Part shown: piece after piece, positions 24,988 through 31,512 of the stretch | How positions within the stretch are numbered: the stretch's first letter is position 1 | How the letters are laid out: each line of letters opens with the position of its first letter | Assembly (NCBI GenBank): GCA_964525275.1 | Contig: CAZGDM010000017.1 | Coordinates: forward strand, 835 to 32,834 | Reading direction: 5' to 3' | From: an uncultured Thermodesulfobacteriota bacterium | GTDB taxonomy: Bacteria; Desulfobacterota; B13-G15 | Length of the DNA: 32,000 nucleotides | Notes under the pieces: generated by a model | Seen by the model: the letters and a program-made list of their open reading frames with translations, nothing else | Databases searched by the model: none | Told to the model about the DNA's origin: nothing | Translations under genes and position numbers: made by a program

Positions 24988-26051
24988 TTGGGCACCTTTA
25001 TCCTCGTCATGGCCCGCTCCATGAGGAGCTCAAAGCCGGACTTTTTGCCGAGCACAGGACCCTTCCGCTTCTGGCTCCACACGGTCTCCGGACGACTCTG
25101 GACGATGAAGATGTTCTCGGGGAAGGGAATTCCCCGATCTATAGACCACTCGATATCCTGGGGACATCCGTAGTAGTCCTCGATCTTCCGAGCCAGGGAA
25201 GCCAGTTCCCTCACCTCCTCGTCTTCGAGGCATCGCACCTGCTGAAGCTCCTCGGGGACCTCGGCATGGACCACCTCTCTCCGCTCCGGGTCGAAGACGC
25301 ACTGCACGGTCTTGGGGGAAACGGTGCAGGAGATCTCCCCGGTGACCTTATCCACCACGAAGCGGTCGGGGGTAACCTCGCCGGAGACCACCGCCTCCCC
25401 GAATCCCCAACTGCCCTCGATCACGACCTTGGAGGGATCGCCGGTGGTGGGGTCGAGGGTGAACATCACGCCCGCGGCCTTGGCGTCCACCATCTTCTGG
25501 ACCCCTACGCTGATGAGGACCTTCTCATGGGGAAATCCCATTTTTATCCGGTAAGCGATGGCCCGGGGGGTGAAGAGGCTCGACCAGCACTGAAGCACTC
25601 GCTTGAGGACCTCATCTTGCCCCCTCACCCAGAGGTAGGTCTCCTGCTGGCCGGCAAAGCTCGCCGTGGGGAGGTCTTCAGCAGTGGCGCTGGAACGGAC
25701 GGCTACGGGTAAATCCTCCATCTCCACCCTGGAGCAGAGTTCACGATAGGCCTCCACAATCGCCCTCTTCACCCCTTCGGGTACTTGGGCCTCCTCGATG
25801 GCCCGGCGGATTGCGGCGCTCGCCCTCTGGAGGGCCTCGGTATCCTCCGCGCTTATCCCAGCCAGGGCCTCATCGATCCGCTCCCTGAGCCCGGTCGCCT
25901 CGATGAAGCTTTGATAAGCCTCAGTGGTCACAGCGAACCCGGGGGGCACCTTAACCCCCGCCTTCATCAGCTCGCCGAGGCTCGCGTTCTTCCCCCCCAC
26001 CTGACCTATGAGGTCCTTGCCCACCTCTTCGAACCACAAAATGAACGCCAT
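24981..26051 (-). CDS. PEP-synthase N-terminal ATP-grasp (PPDK_N) protein, phenylphosphate synthase beta (PpsB)-like
   Basis: 356 aa (about 40 kDa). VGGKNASLGELMKAGVKVPPGFAVTTEAY is the nucleotide-binding domain of water dikinases. There is no swivel-His domain in this polypeptide. Confidence 0.8.
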   Translation of the reverse strand: MAFILWFEEVGKDLIGQVGGKNASLGELMKAGVKVPPGFAVTTEAYQSFIEATGLRERIDEALAGISAEDTEALQRASAAIRRAIEEAQVPEGVKRAIVEAYRELCSRVEMEDLPVAVRSSATAEDLPTASFAGQQETYLWVRGQDEVLKRVLQCWSSLFTPRAIAYRIKMGFPHEKVLISVGVQKMVDAKAAGVMFTLDPTTGDPSKVVIEGSWGFGEAVVSGEVTPDRFVVDKVTGEISCTVSPKTVQCVFDPERREVVHAEVPEELQQVRCLEDEEVRELASLARKIEDYYGCPQDIEWSIDRGIPFPENIFIVQSRPETVWSQKRKGPVLGKKSGFELLMERAMTRIKVPKG

Positions 26052-26065
26052 TGCCTCCCCTCCCT

Positions 26066-26091
26066 GGCCCCCCGGCTGGAGCCGGGGGGCC
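26066..26091 (-). other. Intercistronic GC-only hairpin (11-bp stem, 4-nt loop) between the ppsA-like and ppsB-like genes
   Basis: ggccccccggc-tgga-gccggggggcc, a perfect complement. The ppsB-like SD gggaggggagg follows directly on the mRNA. Confidence 0.6.
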
Positions 26092-26100
26092 TTGCTCTCA

Positions 26101-27951
26101 TCAGGCCTCCGCCCTTTTGACGATCTTCACCACGCCGTTGTCTCCATCTACGCGGATGATGTCACCAGTCCTTATCACCTGGGTGGCTACACCGGTCCCC
26201 GTAACCGACGGCAGGCCGTATTCACGGCACACGATGGCCGCGTGGCTGGTAAGGCCTCCGATGTCGGTGACCGCCGCCTTGATCTTCGTGAACACCGGCG
26301 CCCAGGACGGATTGGTGGTGGGACATACCAGGATCTCGCCCGGCTCGATGGTGTTGACCTCCTCCAGTAGCTTTATCACCCTGGCCTTGCCCTCCACCAC
26401 GCCGGCAGAGGCCGCAAAGCCCTTGAGCTCGGTGACCTCCTCTGGCGTAACGGTCACGCCCTTCAGCCACTCGTTGACCTTCTCAGAGGTAATGCCCCAG
26501 AGCATCACAGTGAAAGGCTCGGCGATCTCCTCGGGCACGGTCCCCAAGGCAGGCGGCGGTGCCCACTTCTTGGCGGCCTCGAGGATCCTCTGGCGCTTGG
26601 CGGCCTTCTCCTGCCAGTACTTACCCCTGTGCGGCACCCCCTCGCCCAGGGCCCAGGAGGTCACCAGGTCCTCAAGCAGGTAGGGGACCTCGAAGCGGTT
26701 GAAGAGGAAGATGTCGTCCACTTCCTTCAGCATCCCGTACTTCACCAGCACCCTGCCGAATTCCCGCATCTTTTCAAAGACGATGGTGTGGAACCAGTGC
26801 TCCACCCAGAACAGGTGATCTTCTGCGTAGCGATAGATGGTGCGGCAGGTCTTGTAGGCGTCATCGAAGGTCTTGCGATCCTCGTCGGTCTTTATGAGCT
26901 TGCGGTACTCCTCAACCAGCCTGTCCCTTTCGGCCTCGATCTCCTCTAAATATCGCTCGATCCTTTCGCCCTTCTCAAGCCTCTCCACATAGCTCTTCAA
27001 GTAGCCGAAGGGGACATCGAGCTTGTTTATCCAGCTTCCCTCATAGTGGAACCAGCCGCTACCACAGGAGACGAAAAACCACGGGTCCTTTCTCTTCTCG
27101 AAGGACTCGAGCCACTCCCTCCCCTCGGGGAAGGTCTTGAGTCGTTCGATCTTCTCGGAGGCAGGGGCGTCGCTCTTCAGTATCTCCTTCACCTGGGGCA
27201 GGGTGTAGGCGAGGCGGGCGAGCTTACAGAGCTCCTCCTCGGGCCTGAACATCACCACATAGGCCCCGGCCACCATCTTCCCGATGGTGCTTTCGCTGAT
27301 CCCTGGGAACAGCTTCCGACAGGTGTCGGCGAACATCAGGTAGGCCAGATAGGAGAGGTTCAGGTACTCGAAGTGATACTGCCATGCCTTGTAAATGGCG
27401 TCTATCAGCCTGTCATAGGCCTCGATCAGCTCATAAGAGGTGTAATACCCCTTCGGGGCGGGGAAGACCCCCTCATCGGGCTCGAACTGCGGCAACTCTT
27501 TGGGGATTTTTATCTCTTCAACTTCGCGGCCAAGGGCCGTGAACTTCTTGTGCCACTGCTCCCAAAGCTCATCGTAATGCTCGAAGACGTAAAAAACCCG
27601 CTTCTGGAAGAGCTCGGCCTTCTTCTGCACTATGTCCTCCGGCGGAGGCTCCACGGCGCAGATGTACATGTAACAACCGACCATCCTCTGGGCCACGCCC
27701 TGCGCTGGGGGGATGCAGAACACACGGGTGTTGTACTGCGACAGGGCGATCTGCCACGCCTCTTGAAAGATCAGGTCCCAGGGATACATGGGATCGGGGG
27801 CGTGGATCTTGTCGTGATACCAGAACTGCCGTTCTTCCCAATCCTTCCGGTCCTCGCTGAAGATGTAATAGGGGGGATACATCTCCTCCCACCCCTCAAG
27901 CTCAGGCGGATACTCCACCTCTAAAGGTTTGGGGAAACCTCCTTGTGCCAT
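26101..27951 (-). CDS. PEP-utilising-enzyme swivel-His protein with a large N-terminal substrate domain, phenylphosphate synthase alpha (PpsA)-like
   Basis: 616 aa (about 70 kDa). The C-terminal mobile domain is GEILVCPTTNPSWAPVFTKIKAAVTDIGGLTSHAAIVCREYGLPSV, containing the catalytic His. The N-terminal 500 aa is unlike the PEP/pyruvate TIM barrel. Confidence 0.8.
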   Translation of the reverse strand: MAQGGFPKPLEVEYPPELEGWEEMYPPYYIFSEDRKDWEERQFWYHDKIHAPDPMYPWDLIFQEAWQIALSQYNTRVFCIPPAQGVAQRMVGCYMYICAVEPPPEDIVQKKAELFQKRVFYVFEHYDELWEQWHKKFTALGREVEEIKIPKELPQFEPDEGVFPAPKGYYTSYELIEAYDRLIDAIYKAWQYHFEYLNLSYLAYLMFADTCRKLFPGISESTIGKMVAGAYVVMFRPEEELCKLARLAYTLPQVKEILKSDAPASEKIERLKTFPEGREWLESFEKRKDPWFFVSCGSGWFHYEGSWINKLDVPFGYLKSYVERLEKGERIERYLEEIEAERDRLVEEYRKLIKTDEDRKTFDDAYKTCRTIYRYAEDHLFWVEHWFHTIVFEKMREFGRVLVKYGMLKEVDDIFLFNRFEVPYLLEDLVTSWALGEGVPHRGKYWQEKAAKRQRILEAAKKWAPPPALGTVPEEIAEPFTVMLWGITSEKVNEWLKGVTVTPEEVTELKGFAASAGVVEGKARVIKLLEEVNTIEPGEILVCPTTNPSWAPVFTKIKAAVTDIGGLTSHAAIVCREYGLPSVTGTGVATQVIRTGDIIRVDGDNGVVKIVKRAEA

Positions 27952-28019
27952 TTGATCCCTCCTTTCTTTGTGGAATTTGGCCGCTGCCCTCCTCCTCCCC
28001 GGGACAGCACCCGTAAATT

Positions 28020-28048
28020 ATTTAAGGTAAGAGAAACGCGGTTTGCAA
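28020..28048 (-). promoter_or_regulatory. Sigma70-like promoter for the ppsA-like operon (TTGCAA-N17-TTAAAT on the minus strand)
   Basis: -35 at 28043-28048 and -10 at 28020-28025 with a 17-nt spacer. This leaves a leader of about 60 nt ending in the aaaggaggg SD before ATG 27951. Confidence 0.4.
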
Positions 28049-28087
28049 GAAAAATAATTTGATGACTTCATAAGATAGTCTTCCGAT

Positions 28088-28103
28088 TGAGAAAACTTTC
28101 TCA
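28088..28103. promoter_or_regulatory. 16-bp palindrome TGAGAAA-AC-TTTCTCA in the divergent intergenic region
   Basis: Perfect 7-2-7 inverted repeat between the two divergent promoters. Its sequence is unrelated to the GCCTCTT sites. Confidence 0.35.
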
Positions 28104-28176
28104 AAGTAGGTTAAATTGCCCCTCCTCTTTCAATATTTTGATTTATTCGAACGCCCATCTCCCCTAGCGGACATCA

Positions 28177-28205
28177 TTGACACCCGTGTTTAAAAAGCGT
28201 AAAAA
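28177..28205 (+). promoter_or_regulatory. Sigma70-like promoter for the sigma54-activator gene (TTGACA-N17-TAAAAA)
   Basis: Perfect -35 hexamer at 28177-28182, 17-nt spacer, A/T-rich -10 at 28200-28205. ATG at 28231 with a ggaagg SD. Confidence 0.4.
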
Positions 28206-28230
28206 GGTGTTTGATCTATGAGATGGAAGG

Positions 28231-29679
28231 ATGAGGGAATTCTCCAATAGAGAGATCACCTGGGATCACTTAATATTGGGACTGAAAAAGACCACCAGGG
28301 ATTTCCTGGAGAACGTCCTTCAGAACATCATAGATTCCATCGTCGTGACGGACCTGAGCGGGAGGATCATTTTCTTCAACAGGTTTTCAGAGGAGCTCTT
28401 TCGGTACCGGGCGGAGGAGGTCTTAGGGCGTCATATCTCCATCCTCGGGGCGAAGCGTCCCAACGTACTCGAAAGGATTAGGCAAGGCAAGACCTTCCGT
28501 GGCGAAATCGTCCTCAAGACGAAGGACGGAAGGGCTTTCCCCGCGCGGGTGGTCTGCGTCCCCATTAGCGATGAAAACAACCTCCCCATAGGTATGGTGG
28601 GGGTGGCAAGGGATATCACCGAGGAAAAGCGACAGCAAGAAGAAAAGAGGTTTCTCCAGAGGCAGCTGCAAGAGCTACAGAGGCGTCTTTCCCAGAGCTC
28701 GCTATACGGGGACATCGTGGGCACCAGTGAGGCCATGCTCAAGATCTACGCTCTGATGGAGAAGGTAGCCCCCCTGGACTGCAACGTCCTCATAGTGGGG
28801 GAAAGTGGCACTGGGAAAGAATTGATCGCGAGGGCTATCCATAACAAAAGCCCCAGGAAAGACCATCCCTTCGTTATAGCAGATTGTGCCCTCCTGTCCG
28901 CAGGACTTCTCGAATCGGAGCTCTTCGGCTACGAAAAGGGGGCCTTCACAGGGGCCTACACCAGGAAGAGGGGTTATTTCGAAGTGGCCGACGGAGGTAC
29001 CCTCTTCTTGGACGAGATCGGGGATCTCCCTCTTGAAGTCCAGGGAAAACTCCTCAGGGCAGTGCAAGAGCGGGTGATCTTCCGGGTAGGTGGGGTAGAT
29101 CCTATAAAGGTCGACGCCCGGATAATAGCCGCCACCAACCAAGATCTGGAGGAAAAGGTCAAGAGGAAACAGTTTCGAGAAGACCTCTATTATAGGTTGA
29201 GCGTAGTAACCATTAAGGTCCCCCCTCTCAGGGAGAGGAAAGAGGACATCCCCCTATTGACCACCTACTTCCTCAACAAATATGCGGCCAGATTCGGCAA
29301 AAGGGTCGAGATGAAACAGGAAGTTTACGACGCCTTTCGCAAATACCCCTGGCCGGGAAATGTGAGGGAACTGGAAAACCTCATCCAAAATTTGCTGATC
29401 GTATCTGGGGGCGATACCGTCTGTCTTAGAGACCTTCCCCCTAAGATACTGGCCCATCTGAAACCATCGCCCTTAGATATGCCCCCCCACAGTTACGGGG
29501 AGATGAAAAGGAAGGTGGTGGATGACTTCACGAGGAATTTCCTCACCACCATGCTGAAGAAAAACAGGGGAAATGTGAGCAAAACGGCCAGAGAGATCCG
29601 CCTCCGCAGGACCTCCCTGCAGCGGTTAATGAGGAAATACGGCATCCGATCCGCCGATTTCCGCAATCAGCCTCTTTAA
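28231..29679 (+). CDS. Sigma54-dependent transcriptional activator: PAS sensor, AAA+ domain, Fis-type HTH
   Basis: PAS ([18 protein letters not shown]...[10 protein letters not shown]), Walker [15 protein letters not shown] loop (EKGAFTGAY), [10 protein letters not shown], and the C-terminal [29 protein letters not shown]. No receiver domain. Confidence 0.92.
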   Translation: MREFSNREITWDHLILGLKKTTRDFLENVLQNIIDSIVVTDLSGRIIFFNRFSEELFRYRAEEVLGRHISILGAKRPNVLERIRQGKTFRGEIVLKTKDGRAFPARVVCVPISDENNLPIGMVGVARDITEEKRQQEEKRFLQRQLQELQRRLSQSSLYGDIVGTSEAMLKIYALMEKVAPLDCNVLIVGESGTGKELIARAIHNKSPRKDHPFVIADCALLSAGLLESELFGYEKGAFTGAYTRKRGYFEVADGGTLFLDEIGDLPLEVQGKLLRAVQERVIFRVGGVDPIKVDARIIAATNQDLEEKVKRKQFREDLYYRLSVVTIKVPPLRERKEDIPLLTTYFLNKYAARFGKRVEMKQEVYDAFRKYPWPGNVRELENLIQNLLIVSGGDTVCLRDLPPKILAHLKPSPLDMPPHSYGEMKRKVVDDFTRNFLTTMLKKNRGNVSKTAREIRLRRTSLQRLMRKYGIRSADFRNQPL

Positions 29680-29685
29680 AGAGGC
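29670..29685. promoter_or_regulatory. 16-bp palindrome GCCTCTT-TA-AAGAGGC (candidate enhancer/UAS site 1)
   Basis: Perfect 7-2-7 inverted repeat. It contains the activator gene's TAA stop (29677-29679). The same half-sites recur at 29747. Confidence 0.5.
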
Positions 29686-29746
29686 AATGACTCTCTTTTG
29701 CGGCACCATAAATCCGCGCTGAAACCTCAGGCCAGAGGACGGATGT

Positions 29747-29762
29747 GCCTCTTAAAAGAGGC
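29747..29762. promoter_or_regulatory. 16-bp palindrome GCCTCTT-AA-AAGAGGC (candidate enhancer/UAS site 2)
   Basis: Half-sites identical to site 1. Centre-to-centre distance is 77 bp. About 42 bp upstream of the sigma54 -24 element. Confidence 0.5.
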
Positions 29763-29803
29763 AGAAGACTAGGGGGAAGGCTTTATTTTCGGTCCTTTGA
29801 TGG

Positions 29804-29819
29804 TGGCAGGGATTTTGCC
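29804..29819 (+). promoter_or_regulatory. Sigma54 (-24/-12) promoter TGGCAGGGATTTTGCC
   Basis: TGGCAG at 29804-29809 and TTGC at 29815-29818 have the exact GG-N10-GC spacing of the TGGCAC-N5-TTGC consensus. The element lies about 33 nt upstream of the moaD-like ATG and immediately downstream of a sigma54 activator gene. Confidence 0.7.
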
Positions 29820-29851
29820 TTTCGAGTTTCACGATGAGGGGGTGAGGGCGG

Positions 29852-30109
29852 ATGAAGATAAAGGTGCGCATGGGGTATGAGGAGAGGGCTTTGGAGTTGC
29901 CCGAAGGCAGCACCGTGGGGGAGTTGTTGGTCCATCTGTCATCCGCCTCGGGACGACAAGAGACTTCGGAGTTCTTCGACAACAAAGGGAGGCTTTACCC
30001 TGATTGTCAGGTCATCGTAAACGGGCTCTTCAAGACTGCAGAACCGCAGGAGGAGCTCAAGGACGGCGATCACGTGGAGATCGACCGTATTGTGATAGCC
30101 GGCGGTTAG
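29852..30109 (+). CDS. MoaD/ThiS-family ubiquitin-like beta-grasp protein with C-terminal Gly-Gly
   Basis: 85 aa, ending ...LKDGDHVEIDRIVIAGG followed by the stop. The LPEGSTVGELL pattern is typical of MoaD/ThiS sulfur carriers. Confidence 0.75.
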   Translation: MKIKVRMGYEERALELPEGSTVGELLVHLSSASGRQETSEFFDNKGRLYPDCQVIVNGLFKTAEPQEELKDGDHVEIDRIVIAGG

Positions 30110-30136
30110 ACCCGTTACGGAAGGAGGGGGAATTCA

Positions 30137-31036
30137 ATGGAAGGGCTGGGGTATCTACTGGCACTGCCGAGGTTTGAATACTTCTCGCCCAAGACTGTCG
30201 AGGAGGCCTGTTCCCTGCTCGAGCGCTACGGCCGGGAGGCGAAGCTCTTAGCGGGAGGTACCGATTTGCTGGTGGCCATGAAAAAGGGGAAGGAATCACC
30301 CCGTTATCTGATCGGCATAAAGGCCCTTTCCGGTCTGGACTTCATAGAGTACGACGGAGAACTGTTGAGGATTGGGGCCCTGGCGACCTTACAGTCGGTG
30401 GCCGATGCAGCAATAGTCCAGGAGCGGTTCGGCCTCCTGGCCACGGCGTGCAGAAAAGTGGGAACCCCCCAGGTGCGAAATATGGGGACCCTGGTGGGCA
30501 ACATCTGTAACGCTGGCCCCTCCCAGGACACCGTCCCCTCGCTGCTCGTGTTGGGGGCGAAAGTAAAGGCGGTGAGCAGCAAAGGGGAGAGGACCATCCC
30601 TTTAGAAGGTTTCTTCCGCGGCCCCTTCGAGACGGTCCTCGAGGATGGGGAGATGGTTACAGAGGTCCAGATCCCGACCCCTCCGCCCCACAGCGCAGGT
30701 TGCTATCGGTGGATGACCAAGAGGACCACAGTGGATGAGACCCTGGTGGGGGTGGCCGTGTTGGTAGTGGCGGACCCCACCCATGAACGCTGCGAGGACG
30801 CAAGGATTGCCCTCTGTTCGGTGGCCCCTACCCCCTTCAGGGCGAAGAGGGCAGAGGCACTCCTTCGGGGAAAGGAGATCGACGAAGGGTTATTGGAGGA
30901 GGTGGGACGCACAGCCGCCGAGGAGACGAGGCCCCGGGGCAGGGCGGAGTACAGAAAGCTCCTCACCTCTCTCTTGGTCAAGAAGGCCCTGACCGAGGGG
31001 TGGAAAAACCTCACAGGGCAGGAGGTAACGGCATGA
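30137..31036 (+). CDS. FAD-binding medium subunit of a xanthine dehydrogenase / CO dehydrogenase-family molybdoenzyme
   Basis: Has FEYFSPKTVEEACSLL, AKLLAGGTDLLVAMK and GTPQVRNMGTLVGNICNAGPSQD. Strong aaggaggggg SD. 299 aa. Confidence 0.88.
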   Translation: MEGLGYLLALPRFEYFSPKTVEEACSLLERYGREAKLLAGGTDLLVAMKKGKESPRYLIGIKALSGLDFIEYDGELLRIGALATLQSVADAAIVQERFGLLATACRKVGTPQVRNMGTLVGNICNAGPSQDTVPSLLVLGAKVKAVSSKGERTIPLEGFFRGPFETVLEDGEMVTEVQIPTPPPHSAGCYRWMTKRTTVDETLVGVAVLVVADPTHERCEDARIALCSVAPTPFRAKRAEALLRGKEIDEGLLEEVGRTAAEETRPRGRAEYRKLLTSLLVKKALTEGWKNLTGQEVTA

Positions 31037-31512
31037 AGCGTGTGATCAGCCTCACTGTAAACGGGGAGACCCATGAGGTGGTGGTGGAACCACGGACGAC
31101 CCTTCTGGAGGTCCTAAGGGACTCCTTGGGACTCACGGGGGCAAAGGAGGGCTGCAGCCTGGGAAACTGCGGGGCCTGTACCGTGTTGCTTGACGGAAAG
31201 CCCGTCCTGTCCTGTTTGTTGCTCGCCGTGGAGGCCCAGGGCAAGGAGATCGTCACCATCGAGGGGCTGGCCGAGGGGGGTAAGCTCCACCCCCTCCAGG
31301 AGGCCTTCGTGGAGCACGGCGCCGTGCAGTGCGGTTTCTGCATCCCAGGGATGATCCTTTCCGCCAAGGCCTTCCTCGATGAAAACCCCCACCCCACCGA
31401 GGAGGAAGTCAAGGAGGCCATATCGGGCAACCTCTGTCGCTGTACGGGCTACAGTGACGCCGTCAGGGCCATCCTCGCGGCGGCAAAGGCGAAGGAGGAA
31501 GGGGAGAGATGA
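31033..31512 (+). CDS. [2Fe-2S]x2 small subunit of a xanthine dehydrogenase-family molybdoenzyme
   Basis: I place the start at ATG 31033 (ATGA overlap with the FAD subunit stop). Motifs: EGCSLGNCGACTV, QCGFCIPGM, NLCRCTGY. Confidence 0.9.
   Translation: MKRVISLTVNGETHEVVVEPRTTLLEVLRDSLGLTGAKEGCSLGNCGACTVLLDGKPVLSCLLLAVEAQGKEIVTIEGLAEGGKLHPLQEAFVEHGAVQCGFCIPGMILSAKAFLDENPHPTEEEVKEAISGNLCRCTGYSDAVRAILAAAKAKEEGER

Noticed and set aside
27952-28140. Sigma54 promoter facing the ppsA-like operon. This would be expected given the adjacent sigma54 activator.
   Set aside because: No GG-N10-GC element with TGGCAC/TTGC-like context on the minus strand. The TTGCAA at 28043-28048 lacks a GG 11 nt upstream. 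The TGGCAC at 27945-27950 (minus strand) is just the start codon ATG GCA C.
29670-29763. Reading the two GCCTCTT palindromes as plain rho-independent terminators of the activator gene.
   Set aside because: Not fully excluded, but the stems would have 2-nt loops and no adjacent U-tract (the TTTT is 10 nt away from site 1). Identical half-sites repeated 77 bp apart upstream of a sigma54 promoter fit protein-binding sites better.
29680-29851. Possible Moco riboswitch or other leader RNA upstream of the MoaD-like / molybdoenzyme operon.
   Set aside because: With the sigma54 promoter at 29804-29819, the predicted leader is only about 20 nt. I could not recognise the conserved Moco-motif helices in the 172-nt gap.
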